In this document: one piece after another, positions 1 to 10,664 of the stretch | Layout of the letters: each line of letters begins with the position of its first letter | Position numbering within the stretch: the first letter of the stretch is position 1 | Source: Trichomonas gallinae | Lineage: Eukaryota | Length of the DNA: 51,060 nucleotides | Direction: 5' to 3' | Assembly (NCBI GenBank): GCA_008369845.1 | Contig: MRSU01011482.1 | Location: forward strand, 1-51,060 | The notes under the pieces: model-generated | What the model was told of the DNA's origin: nothing | The model's database searches: none | What the model saw: the letters and a program-made list of their open reading frames with translations, nothing else | Position numbers and translations under genes: made by a program

Positions 1-1
1 C

Positions 2-172
2 CACACATCCCACAAGGAAGTTCAGGTCAAGAAGGCTCCAGTTGCCCACGGCCATGCCGGTGCTGGCAAGCCAGCTGCTGGTGCTGCTGCTGCTAAGCCA
101 GGTGAGGCTGCTCCAGCTCAACCAGCTGCCCCAGCTGCCGCCGACAAGAAGCCAGCTGACAAGAAGAAATAA
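2..172 (+). CDS. 3' end of a highly expressed gene (Ala/Pro/Lys-rich tail, possibly a ribosomal protein); partial
   Basis: Frame 2 reads HTSHKEVQVKKAPVAHGHAGAGKPAAGAAAAKPGEAAPAQPAAPAAADKKPADKKK* with stop TAA at 170-172. Strong GCT/GCC/AAG/CCA codon bias; abrupt switch to AT-rich DNA after the stop. Confidence 0.75.
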   Translation, partial: HTSHKEVQVKKAPVAHGHAGAGKPAAGAAAAKPGEAAPAQPAAPAAADKKPADKKK

Positions 173-530
173 ATTTCTGTAACAATAAAGTGTGAATAAA
201 AATAATATTATAATATTATTTGAATTACAGCTTGTTTAACATCAAATATACAAATTCTATATACATAAGACTAATATTCAGATTAACAGCTTATATAATA
301 CTTTATTTTAAATTGTTGCATAATATCTTGTTTAATATACGGCCATTTCTGGTATATCATAACAAAGTACAGGAAAATAATTAATATGAAACATGTTCTC
401 AACAGAAAGATTCAAAATATTATTTATCATAATTTCAATATTGGTGTTTTAGTGGAAAACTGATTGAAAATCGAATATATGTGTTGAAATTCGATATATT
501 AGATGATCCACAGGCCAGAATTCTTTGATT

Positions 531-734
531 AGAAAAAATTATATATTTGGTCAATTTTCTTTTGCTATATATTTCCTGATGACTAGATAAGATGATTGTA
601 CATATAGAATTCTGTCTAAAAATGAGTTTTTTTAGTAATGGAAAAATTATTTGATTTTCTTTTATTCTTTGGTTCTTGATGAGCAGACAAGATTATGATA
701 CATCGAGAATTCTGTCTAAAAACGAGTTTTTAGT
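531..734. repeat. Degenerate ~100-bp tandem duplication in intergenic DNA
   Basis: 573-636 (ttcctgatgactagataagatgattgtacatatagaattctgtctaaaaatgagttttt..tagt) matches 673-734 (ttcttgatgagcagacaagattatgatacatcgagaattctgtctaaaaacgagtttttagt) at an offset of 100 bp. Confidence 0.85.
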
Positions 735-809
735 TTGGTTCTCTCTACGATAAAAGTGACAAAATTTTAATAAAAATTTTTATCACTTTTTATCTTAATT
801 TTTAGATGA

Positions 810-3203
810 ATGAAAAGAATTGAAGTTGAACCACTTCCGTCATTCATCGCGCGTAGACTTACACCTGTCGTCTATTGCTACGTAACGCAAGACCTTATTA
901 ACGCTCATTCAGACTGCATTGTTAAAATACGAAGAAAATGGAAGCAGATATGTGAGCAAAACAAGTTAACAATACGAATTCATTTTCCAGCCATACAGCC
1001 ATCAAAGAAAACAATTGATAAATATATGAAAAACAGTCGATCAATATTTAACTGTAAACAAAAAGGCTTTTATTTCGACTCAAAGGAGTACAACGTCCAA
1101 TATTCCAGGGAGCTGCAGACAATACAATACTTAAGACAAGTACTTTATGATTTTGATTTTTTAACTCCTGGAAATTTCTTTGATTTGCCTGTCGCTGTCA
1201 TGTTTTTCTCGGTTGGACAAGAATCAGGAGCAAGAAGCAAGTTCCCTTCTTGGGCGAAAAGAAGAATTGATCAAACTTCAGGAAGCGCAGCAATTTATGA
1301 CGAAGAAAAGCTAGAAACAACCCTGCAAACATTCTTGACACGATCAGTAAAATCCAAAGTCGAGCTCAATCTTGATAATGCTCGTAACGAATATTTGAAG
1401 AAAAAAGATATTCAGAGTTACAAGCAAATTGCAGATGCAGAAACATCAAGTGGCAACCATAGAACAGCTTACAACCTCATCTCAGAGCTTTTAAGGATGC
1501 CAAATCTTCCAGTTGAACTTACTCCAAGTTGTTTGCTATTGAAAGTCGAGTTAGCAATAATTTTAGGAGAGATATCACAAGACACAGTAACAGATATATC
1601 GAATTGCATCGAGTTCGCTCGATCTTTCGAGTGGCGACTTCTTGCGATTTTAATTCACTTTTGGATCAACTTTAAATCTTCAAAACCAACAACAACTGAG
1701 CTCGAAAACTTCCTTACATACGATACACCAATCACTCCTATAGTAAAACCGTTTCTAATCGAACAAATTGCGATCTTCAAAGGCAAACAGCTGCCAAACA
1801 TGCTTATTCAAGCCGCAGAATTCCACAGGATGAACAAAAACGACGAACACTTCATCAGATGCTACTGGTGGGCATTTTTGTCGATAATGAACCAAGATCT
1901 ATATTTTTCGAAGAATTATTTGATCCATACAATCGTCGCAACACTCTTCAGAGAGAGCATGGAGACAGCCAAAGCACTCACGCCTTATCTAGGCAGCCTC
2001 CTCAAGGAAGTTAACATACAAAAGGCACCAATAACAGCTACATATCTAGCATTAACAGAACCAGAACAAGTTTTCGAATGCGGGTTCATAAAAGTCTCAT
2101 TACTCGATGTTGTCTACGACAGCCCATCTAAAGGACCGCCTGAATATAACGACGACGAATGGTTCCAGGCTGCCACAAGATTATTTGGATTCAAATTCAG
2201 AAACAAATTCCAGAACAGAAAAGAATTTGAAGCGAACGAGTTATGCATAGGCGACGTTCTCGAATTCAAGCTAAAAATCAATTCTCTCTGCAGCGAATTC
2301 GAGATCGGAAAAGCAACACTGAATATACAAGGAAACGCTTCTTCTTCTTCAGTCAATGTTGGCTCATCGAAAGAAATCATTCTTAAAATGAAGATAGAAG
2401 GTGAAGGAGAAATTGTTGTCGACGGCGTCACATTTATTTGGGCCGAGAAACTCAAAGTTATTTCAAAATTCGTCAAACCGTTTATAGTAAATGTTCCATC
2501 TGGAGCTCCACAAGCTAATCTAGAAGTAGAGTGGCCCATATACGAAGCCGTCGCTGGACATCCTTCGAAGTTTTCTTTAACTTTTACAGCAATAACAGAT
2601 TTGTCGCACGTTACAGTTCTTACCCACGAAAAGGTGCAGATGATTAAGCCGATTGTACAGGAAATATCAGGACTCTATATTGTCGGTGACATCAAAGCTG
2701 GAACTGTTATAAATATGAATTTCAGGTTCGCGAGCTCAAACAAAGGCGAAGTTAATGTTGATACATTCATTGGCTATGCATCAGAAAACGGAAATATAGG
2801 ATTCAAGAGATATTCATCTCACCTTAATGTTTTTCCGGCATCATCGACAAACATTCCTTTGTATCCTTGCTTCCACAACGCGAATCTTAATGAAATGCAC
2901 GATCCTTCGAATTTCAAACTCGGAATGACAATCGAAAACAAGCAGAAATTGAATATTTCAGTTCTCACAAAAGCAGAACCACTCAAGAACATCAAATGTG
3001 AAATAGTTGGCCCTGTTATAGGAAAAAGCGTCCATACTGTGGATTTGATTCCGCGCGGCAACAATTTCACGTTTTCTGTTATTGTTCTTTCGTGCACTGA
3101 TTTGATTCTCAATATTACCACAAAATACGGAAGATACTCAACAAATATTTCCAAATATGTTGAATATCTCGTGAAAAATCAACCAAAAACATATTTGTAT
3201 TAA
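810..3203 (+). CDS. TRAPPC8/Trs85-like TRAPP III subunit (divergent)
   Basis: 797-aa ORF. YKQIADAETSSGNHRTAYNL and AAEFHRMNKNDEHFIRCY resemble the TRAPPC8 'RKLAD...Y..AY' and 'AGHRF.KAG...HA.RCY' motifs. A TPR-like helical middle is followed by a beta-rich Ig-like C-terminus. AAAAGTGAC lies upstream at ~752. Confidence 0.55.
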   Translation: MKRIEVEPLPSFIARRLTPVVYCYVTQDLINAHSDCIVKIRRKWKQICEQNKLTIRIHFPAIQPSKKTIDKYMKNSRSIFNCKQKGFYFDSKEYNVQYSRELQTIQYLRQVLYDFDFLTPGNFFDLPVAVMFFSVGQESGARSKFPSWAKRRIDQTSGSAAIYDEEKLETTLQTFLTRSVKSKVELNLDNARNEYLKKKDIQSYKQIADAETSSGNHRTAYNLISELLRMPNLPVELTPSCLLLKVELAIILGEISQDTVTDISNCIEFARSFEWRLLAILIHFWINFKSSKPTTTELENFLTYDTPITPIVKPFLIEQIAIFKGKQLPNMLIQAAEFHRMNKNDEHFIRCYWWAFLSIMNQDLYFSKNYLIHTIVATLFRESMETAKALTPYLGSLLKEVNIQKAPITATYLALTEPEQVFECGFIKVSLLDVVYDSPSKGPPEYNDDEWFQAATRLFGFKFRNKFQNRKEFEANELCIGDVLEFKLKINSLCSEFEIGKATLNIQGNASSSSVNVGSSKEIILKMKIEGEGEIVVDGVTFIWAEKLKVISKFVKPFIVNVPSGAPQANLEVEWPIYEAVAGHPSKFSLTFTAITDLSHVTVLTHEKVQMIKPIVQEISGLYIVGDIKAGTVINMNFRFASSNKGEVNVDTFIGYASENGNIGFKRYSSHLNVFPASSTNIPLYPCFHNANLNEMHDPSNFKLGMTIENKQKLNISVLTKAEPLKNIKCEIVGPVIGKSVHTVDLIPRGNNFTFSVIVLSCTDLILNITTKYGRYSTNISKYVEYLVKNQPKTYLY

Positions 3204-3400
3204 TTTTGTTATATATTATTTGATAAAGCGTAACTTATATCCTATCTAACATATAAATATGATACAAATGCATTATTATATTATTTTGGGTATAAACTAA
3301 ACTTCACAATATGGAATCACTAATGGACGTGCAAGAACCTCAACCATATGAATAGAAAATCTACACATTTTGATCCCATACTATGAAAAACAAATGTATA

Positions 3401-3540
3401 AATATCTGACATGTAAATAAATATATTTGTTATGTAAAAAATATTTGACATGTAAATAAAAATATATGTAATGTAAAATATATTTGACATGTAAATAGAA
3501 TATTTGTTATGTAAAATATATATTTGACATGTAAATAAAT
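3401..3540 (+). repeat. Tandem array, period 39-40 bp, alternating TGACATGTAAA and TGT(T/A)ATGTAAAA
   Basis: TGACATGTAAA at 3407, 3446, 3485 and 3525; TGTTATGTAAAA/TGTAATGTAAAA between them; the array ends ~25 bp before the next ATG. Confidence 0.9.
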
Positions 3541-3564
3541 TTTGAGAACATTACAAAATCAATA

Positions 3565-6327
3565 ATGATTAATTCAGCCTTCGAAATTAAGCTGAAGCAG
3601 GTTTTCGAAGGCGGTTATTCATCAATAGAACAGATCAAAATTCTTAAGTTTCTGATAAACGAAGTGAAAAATCTAAATATGTCGCAAATCCACTTAGATT
3701 TTATCGCCGGCTACATCCACCAGATATTTTCAATAGAAAACCTGACGATTACGACATTAATACTCGAGTTATGTTACGAACTTGAAAAAATTACCCCGGA
3801 ATACATAACAGAAAAGTACAATTTCGACAAATTGATTGTTATAACACTAGATTACAGGACTCTTGAGCTGTTTCAGATCACATCGGATCTGGACGAGCTC
3901 GCATATAACTACTGCAACTATATCATCTCGAAACATGGAACTTTACCAAACTCAATTGTTTTTGGATTAATTTCAATAAACGATTCGCCGAAATTTACAC
4001 TTAAAAACAACGTCTTATTAACTGTTATGCGTGCAATAAAGGAATGTCCGACTATTTGGGAGATTCCTCAGCTTGGTTCTTTGTTTATGAAATTTTTAAT
4101 GAGCACAAACAATGAAATGATGCTTGCATACGTTCCTGAGGCCATAGAATGTAGCGTTCCTTTCGTTATTCAAGACCATTTCATTTCAGAACTCGTTTCT
4201 CCGTTTACTCAAATCAACCCACCAGCAGCAGAGAAATTTGAGCAATGCTCTGTAGCTTTATGCACATTCCTTAGGTCATGGCCTGGCTTGATTCACTTTG
4301 GAATGGCGCAAAACGTTTTAGTTGATTTGTTAACGTCAATTAATCACCAACCAGAAAGAATTATCGATTTACTCAGAGATCTTATATACCCTAAGCATAG
4401 ATCTATCCCAGCAGACGCTTTTTGTGCTTATGCGTTATTTTATTTAATTGAATCTGGCTTAATTAAGGTTTTAAATGACATTACACCTAAATGTAAGCCT
4501 GCAGCTTTGTTCCTTGAAGACCTTCTTCCTTATATTGGAAGCAATATTGCCCGCGAATTAGATTTATCAGCAATTTCATCAGCACATGCTCAAAAATCCA
4601 TTGCTCCGAACTCATCATCGCTTGTTTTCAAGCTTGCACAGTCTTATTCAATGAATCAGTCAATAACGAATGTTTCATCTTTTGTTTTCAACTCTCTTGA
4701 TCCTTATCTATGGGAGTGGCACAATATATATAAGCTTCTGTTTATTATTTTACCTCATAATGAGTCTGAATGCCAAACAAAATCAGCTGCAAACTTCTTT
4801 ACCAAGCTTTTTGAATGTTTTGCCAATGCATATTTATCAGAAAAAACAGAGAAAAGTGTTGCTATGGAGGAAAGTCTCATTGCTTTGTTCAAACTTTTCG
4901 TTCAATACAATAATCTTTGGTCAATCCTTGAATCATCCACATTGTTCAAGAAATCCATTGATACAACACTCAACAATATCATAAAGACACAGCCAGACTC
5001 AAATGTCCCATATTGGCCGATTTTCAAAATTTCTGCATATATGACTTGTTACGAAATGCCAACGAAAATACTCAAGAAGTGGAACTTGTATGACAACTTG
5101 TTGAAAATTGGCACTAAAGTTACAAAAGCACAAACTGCACAAATGATATTAAATTGTTTGCAATTTAATCCAGATCCATCTTTGGCTAATGCAGTTTATA
5201 CAGTTTTCCTTGATTCCACACAGCAGGAGATTGTTGATATCACAATTTCAACGCTTAAGTCTCACATTGGTGATGAACATTTCGCAACTTCCATTTTCAA
5301 GAACATTATTGTTCCTAAACTGCAATCTAACACTTCTCCAGGCTTCTTATCACTATTCTGCGACTGCATTGTCCACGACAAGTCGTGTTTGGCAGTTTGC
5401 AAAGGAAATTTGGAAGTTTGCAAGTGTCTAGAGAACACAGCGCGGCCCATCAGGTTCCTTGTCGCGGAGAAAGACATGCTTCTCGAAGAGATCTACTGGT
5501 GGATGTCAGAAGGAAACACAGCATACGTCGACATATTTAATGCAACTTTTTCCGCAAGTTTCATAGACGAAGTTTCTCAGGTCGACAGCGAGAAATATCC
5601 ATCATTGGTGTTCCCTGCTCCGCCGCACTTATTCGGCGCTCTTGCCCAGACGCATGAAGGAATTTGCGTCGTCAGAGATAAGATAGAAAGCTTGCTAAAT
5701 TTCTTGAGACATGAAGATGAAAAAGTTAGACTTGGTGCATTACTGGCTTTGTGCAATTTCGGTTCCTCTGAAATCGCGTCGCAGCAGATGGAGATGATGA
5801 GAGTCATCGACAAAATAATGGACGCTGACTTATCATCATACACAGCAATCGGCATCAAAATCGCTGCGATTTCTTTACTTTTCGTCTCTCCTTATGTAAA
5901 GAGTGTCATGCAGAGATACCAATGGGTGCCTTTCGATTTTGGACAACGCAAACTTTATCTGCCGCCAGTGAACATGGTTGTGAAGAAGTATGAGCGCAGA
6001 GTGATAAAGGCTGAGACCGTCCCGCGACTCGCGAATTACAAGGAAGTGTCAGATTTAATAGTTTACATTACAAATCCTAAGAAGAGCTCGGATCCTCGCG
6101 TGAAGCTGAGAGCAATGGAGGCTGAGAATGCTGGATCTGTATGCAATTCAGAGGTTGCTCTCTTCACAATGAAGCAGATCTCAACATATTATTACAAGAG
6201 ATCGAACAGAGTCTTCTTATTATCGCTTTTGAACGGAATTCCACTTTGTGAGAAGCCCACAGATGAAGTGGATCCATCATTACTGCAAAAATCACAACAG
6301 GAAATTGCAGAAATTATCAAGAATTAA
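3565..6327 (+). CDS. RICTOR: Rictor/Avo3/Pianissimo-like TORC2 subunit
   Basis: 920 aa. FLRSWPGLIHF, IYWWMSEGNTAYVD and PPHLFGALAQTHEG...GALLALCNFGSS match Rictor N-domain and domain-5 signatures. Confidence 0.75.
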   Translation: MINSAFEIKLKQVFEGGYSSIEQIKILKFLINEVKNLNMSQIHLDFIAGYIHQIFSIENLTITTLILELCYELEKITPEYITEKYNFDKLIVITLDYRTLELFQITSDLDELAYNYCNYIISKHGTLPNSIVFGLISINDSPKFTLKNNVLLTVMRAIKECPTIWEIPQLGSLFMKFLMSTNNEMMLAYVPEAIECSVPFVIQDHFISELVSPFTQINPPAAEKFEQCSVALCTFLRSWPGLIHFGMAQNVLVDLLTSINHQPERIIDLLRDLIYPKHRSIPADAFCAYALFYLIESGLIKVLNDITPKCKPAALFLEDLLPYIGSNIARELDLSAISSAHAQKSIAPNSSSLVFKLAQSYSMNQSITNVSSFVFNSLDPYLWEWHNIYKLLFIILPHNESECQTKSAANFFTKLFECFANAYLSEKTEKSVAMEESLIALFKLFVQYNNLWSILESSTLFKKSIDTTLNNIIKTQPDSNVPYWPIFKISAYMTCYEMPTKILKKWNLYDNLLKIGTKVTKAQTAQMILNCLQFNPDPSLANAVYTVFLDSTQQEIVDITISTLKSHIGDEHFATSIFKNIIVPKLQSNTSPGFLSLFCDCIVHDKSCLAVCKGNLEVCKCLENTARPIRFLVAEKDMLLEEIYWWMSEGNTAYVDIFNATFSASFIDEVSQVDSEKYPSLVFPAPPHLFGALAQTHEGICVVRDKIESLLNFLRHEDEKVRLGALLALCNFGSSEIASQQMEMMRVIDKIMDADLSSYTAIGIKIAAISLLFVSPYVKSVMQRYQWVPFDFGQRKLYLPPVNMVVKKYERRVIKAETVPRLANYKEVSDLIVYITNPKKSSDPRVKLRAMEAENAGSVCNSEVALFTMKQISTYYYKRSNRVFLLSLLNGIPLCEKPTDEVDPSLLQKSQQEIAEIIKN

Positions 6328-6661
6328 GTCTGTGTGTATATTTATTTATGTTGTAAAACTTGTTATATATGAACATATCATTTTTTTTTTCATTCTTCAT
6401 TTGCATAATTTCATTATTCAAATGTGTTTTTTTTTCCCTATAGTTTCGCAGGATCAATTAATGAAGAATCCATCATGAAAAGAATTACAACCATTAATGG
6501 CTTCTTAGGAAAGTAAATACAAATAGATATAGCATTTATAACATTATTAAAAATTATTTCTTTCACTCTAGAAAATGGGAATTCTAAGAATTTTTCATGA
6601 TGTTTCTGCTTTTATACAAATTTCCAAAATTCTCATAAATATATATAAAGCAAAATCTATT

Positions 6662-7314
6662 TTAAATGTTATAAAGATCTTGTTTATGGGATCCATAATA
6701 ATGTAGCTTGCATTGTGTTTGCATCGACTTTCTTTGAACGGTAGGAGAGGAAGAAAGACCATTTATCGATTTCTTCAACATTTTTAATGACCGCTTTTGT
6801 CAACTCGTTGCATTTATCGAAAGCTGAAATTCCAGTTTTAGTTATACTGGGAAAGTTGATTTCGACTAATTTTGATTCAGCAAATGCTTCTTCTCCAATC
6901 GAACTAAGAACTTGGGTTATTATCGTTTTTATTGTTGATCGAGAAACGCTTCATTACCAATAGAAACACATCTTGGCAACTCGATGTATGAAATTTGATT
7001 ACATAATCGGAAAGCTCTTTGACCAATGATCTTCACGTTTGGAATATAGATATTGGAAAGATAGAACGAATGGCTGCAGAAATCATCAGGAATTATTGTT
7101 AAACTTTTCAAGCTAACATTGACGACTCTATATAGATCCATTAAACGAAAGCCAGACTGTAATTCTTTGATGCTCTCAAGGTTGAGAACGCTCAACTCGT
7201 TGAGTTTGATCAGTTATTTGCCGATACAATCGAATCCATTGTTTCTCCAACATATTCTGTTCCATTTATCACAACTATAAAAGAAAAAATCCCGCGAATG
7301 AACAATGGGAACAT
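6662..7314 (-). pseudogene. BspA-like (TpLRR) surface protein gene with two frameshifts and a truncated C-terminus
   Basis: ATG at 7314 (MFPLFIRGIFSFIVVING..., signal-like). Single-base frameshifts at ~7212 and ~6938. The joined reading gives TpLRR repeats (IIGQRAFRLC, SIGNEAFLD, SIGEEAFAES, TGISAFDKC) and a stop at 6662. Confidence 0.8.
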
Positions 7315-8534
7315 TATAGAAAAAATGTTTCCATTCAAAATTATAACCAACAAAACTAATAAAACATATCATATTCATTTGTCGAGAAATTACACAATGA
7401 TTCAATTGTAATTGTCTGAAAATATTTTGAATTCATCGTTTCATTTTGAAATATATAACTGTACACATAATTATATGCATGATTCAGCAACTTTTTCGAG
7501 TAATCTTAAAAAAATGTTGGAGAATATTTTTTGGACCAAAAACGTTTTAACGGTTAAAAACCGTAATGAATTCATTTATAAAAGAAATACAGCAAATAGA
7601 ATGAATGGAAAACATTTTTTTTTTTTTTTGGAGTTTTTTCCTTTTCAATTTTTTTGAATCAATACATCGATGTATTCATGCCACAGTAAAAATGGTAATA
7701 TATATAACATATAATGTTATAAGACAAAAACACATAAGTTGTTGGACTCTTTTTTGTATAAATATTAAATTCAAACCATGAATTTTTTTTTTTAAAAAAT
7801 ACCCTCCTTTTCTAATATTGGTTCGAATAACAAAAGAAATAATGCATATCCATATATTATAATAAAGTAAAAACACACTTTTCATAGATGATTCTTTAAA
7901 ATCATGGAAAAATGTTTATATCATTGAGCAACCATATAATCAAATGAGAACATGACTTCACCATTCTATTATTTAAATAGATTTCTAAGATATGAACCAT
8001 ATAGTTTTTAATTAAGTATTTTAGGCCTTTCCAGACATTAAACAGACATAATATTTGAAAACGAACAATATTTCATAAGTAACTGGAGATAGAAATCAAA
8101 TCGAATTATGTTTATAACATTAAAACTCATTTTTTCTTTAAAATCAATCATTCGATGCATAATTTTACCATTGCTATTAATACCTTATATTCAGGAAACT
8201 CCTAAATATTCTTGAAAATATTTTTTTTAAAGACTTCTATAGGATGAACTGCTTTTCTCATGTTAGTATCCATTTAGTTAATGTAGTCTTCAAAATACAA
8301 AACTCGAATTAGAGAAATTAGTTAAAAATTTAGTTAATAATAGAAAAGTTTTATATTATGATGTTTAAAAAGCAAACTGTTTGCAACACCAACATAGAGA
8401 GTTGAATAGCTTCTAAAGTCAATGATTTCTGCAGTTGTTTTCCTATCAATTTTTAGAGAAAAATTTGAAAAAACAATTTATCCCCTGCAATATTTTGGTA
8501 GACCCTAACATAAAATCTTCAAAATAAAAAAAAA

Positions 8535-9659
8535 ATGAACAACAAAGAACAACGTGAAGTTGTTTGTCCTATTTGTAAGGTGACTCATACAATAGTCCAC
8601 TCAAATGACCCAGAGTCCGTTAGGAAACTCTTGATATGGGCGACCAAGCTTTTTGTTCGAATGAAACGCGGAGAAAAAATATTATTATCCATGGATTGCG
8701 AAGGCTGGAAGCTTGGAACAGTCCAGAAATCACTTGGATTATTACAAATCTGCGAATTTTTACACGAAAATATTTTCGAAGAAGAACCATTCGATTTTTC
8801 AGAAATAGACTCTGTCAATATACTCCCAGGCTTTTTAATCCACTTCCCTGCATCCGAGAAAGTCATAGATATCTTATCTGGTGTTTTAAGTAATCCAAAC
8901 GCGATTTTATGCACTTACGACTTTACATCCGACATTTCCTCTTTAATGGAGGCTGGTGTTAAAGTATCCACAAAATCTATCTTTGATGCGCAATTAATTT
9001 ATGAGTCTTCAAATCCACTTACAAACACACAAGTATTTTCGATTCTCGTTCCTGCACGCGAAATGATTGGAAGAATCGTTGAAGCACGCGATGCGGTTTG
9101 CTTTATGTCGACAAGGAAAGGAAATATGTTTGATTTCTTAACTTTTCTTCATAGAAACGATGTAGATCCATTTTCATCTATGGTTGACGAAGAGTTTTAC
9201 AAGTATGCTGCTGGTGACTTAGTTATGACAGCTTTGGCTGCACTTCACAGCTTCATTATGGGATTTAGTGATATAACATGGAATATGACTAGGCTGAAGG
9301 TGAAGGAATTCTTAGGACTGCAAAAGCAATACGATAAGTTGCTCATGCCTTCTGCAATTCGCCAAGTTGCTTTCTTGAGGAAATATTCTTTAAGAGATTT
9401 GCAGGATTATCAATTACGTCCGTTTACGACATTCTCAGATGATACCTCAATACGTAAGGCCCTGATGCTTTATGTTAAAGCAGATATGATTGTAAATCTT
9501 CTTCAAATTCTTCCACAAAGTGAAATTAGTGTATTTATGAATATTAATGCACATGTAATTAGAGATGAACTGGAGAAGTCATTAGAAGTCGTTAGATCTA
9601 GAATTCTTACGCTTAGTCCATTTGATGAAGATATTAACATGGATGAAGCTCAAAATTGA
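8535..9659 (+). CDS. DEDDy 3'-5' exonuclease (EXD1/WRN/RNase D-like)
   Basis: ExoI SMDCEG, ExoII YDFTSD, IFDAQL and ExoIII YAAGD are all present; N-terminal CPICKVTH. Confidence 0.75.
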   Translation: MNNKEQREVVCPICKVTHTIVHSNDPESVRKLLIWATKLFVRMKRGEKILLSMDCEGWKLGTVQKSLGLLQICEFLHENIFEEEPFDFSEIDSVNILPGFLIHFPASEKVIDILSGVLSNPNAILCTYDFTSDISSLMEAGVKVSTKSIFDAQLIYESSNPLTNTQVFSILVPAREMIGRIVEARDAVCFMSTRKGNMFDFLTFLHRNDVDPFSSMVDEEFYKYAAGDLVMTALAALHSFIMGFSDITWNMTRLKVKEFLGLQKQYDKLLMPSAIRQVAFLRKYSLRDLQDYQLRPFTTFSDDTSIRKALMLYVKADMIVNLLQILPQSEISVFMNINAHVIRDELEKSLEVVRSRILTLSPFDEDINMDEAQN

Positions 9660-9898
9660 TATATAATAAAATTTTGGTTGGCTATAGATTATTGTAATCA
9701 AAGTTATTTCAATTTTTAACTAAATATTTTTTAAAATGAAAAATATTGTTAAATTAGACAAAATAAACCGAATAAGTAGTACTTATGCATAAGAGACGTA
9801 ATATTTACATTATATTTTTGTGATAATATTTTTCATATAAAATTATTTTTGAAATCGGAACAATTATTATTCTATGATAAATGGCATGTAGTGAGATC

Positions 9899-10180
9899 TC
9901 ACATAAAATCATCACTATCGCTGTTTTGATTATCTGATGAATTATTCTTAGCGTTTGCTGAATCATCGGCATTATCCTTGGACTGCTTAGCACGTGAAGC
10001 TGCAATTTTCTCGATATATTGTTGAAGCTCGCGGATTTGAGCTTGGGAAAAATCTTTCGTCAAGTCTTTCATTAAATCTTCGATGAATTTTTTGTAGTAC
10101 TCGTGAGTGTTGAATTCACGGCAGTGATTTCCAAATTCATACGCGAACTCTTCGATTTCTTTTGGAGATTTCCCAGACAT
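9899..10180 (-). CDS. Minimal eIF3j/Hcr1-like protein (93 aa)
   Basis: ATG at 10180 with an Inr-like TCATA upstream. KSPKEIEEFAYEF...YYKKFIEDLMKDLTKDFSQAQIRELQQYI and the terminal DDFM* match the eIF3j C-terminal helical domain and its DFM end. Confidence 0.65.
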   Translation of the reverse strand: MSGKSPKEIEEFAYEFGNHCREFNTHEYYKKFIEDLMKDLTKDFSQAQIRELQQYIEKIAASRAKQSKDNADDSANAKNNSSDNQNSDSDDFM

Positions 10181-10664
10181 GAGTGGCAAAACCGCCGAAA
10201 TATGAAATTTCTTTAATTTTAATTATTTAGATGCTGCATTGTTTATAAAATCTATATATCATGATTTCGAATGAATTTAATATTTTTGTCACGTAATTTA
10301 TGTTTCTGATATGTAAACAATCATTTTGTCAATATTTTTCATCTTCCTATATTATGGTTCATGTTTGACCAAACATTATATTAATATCATATGATGGATC
10401 ATGTTGTTTTTTATAGACAAAGGTCAAACTTCATTTGGAGAAATAAATACTGCTTATAATTTATATATATTCTCGCTCTGTGTCAAACATTTAATGCTAT
10501 ATTTTTCTTTCTATTGCTCATACATAGACATCTGATCATTAATATATCAATAGAAATCAAAGTTTTATCAAGTAAAGAAATTTGTTGCTATATTTCATGT
10601 AAAAATAAAAAATATATTCTAATTTGAAAGGTCATAATGATATAAAAACAATTTATTATATATA

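Noticed and set aside
575..725. CTGATGA followed by a stem, as in a hammerhead ribozyme
   Set aside because: There is no GAAA after stem II (it reads AAAA) and no stems I/III; the second copy has TTGATGA.
7412..7885. Short ORFs of 81 and 69 aa
   Set aside because: AT-rich, homopolymer-laden intergenic sequence giving F/I/K/N-biased translations.
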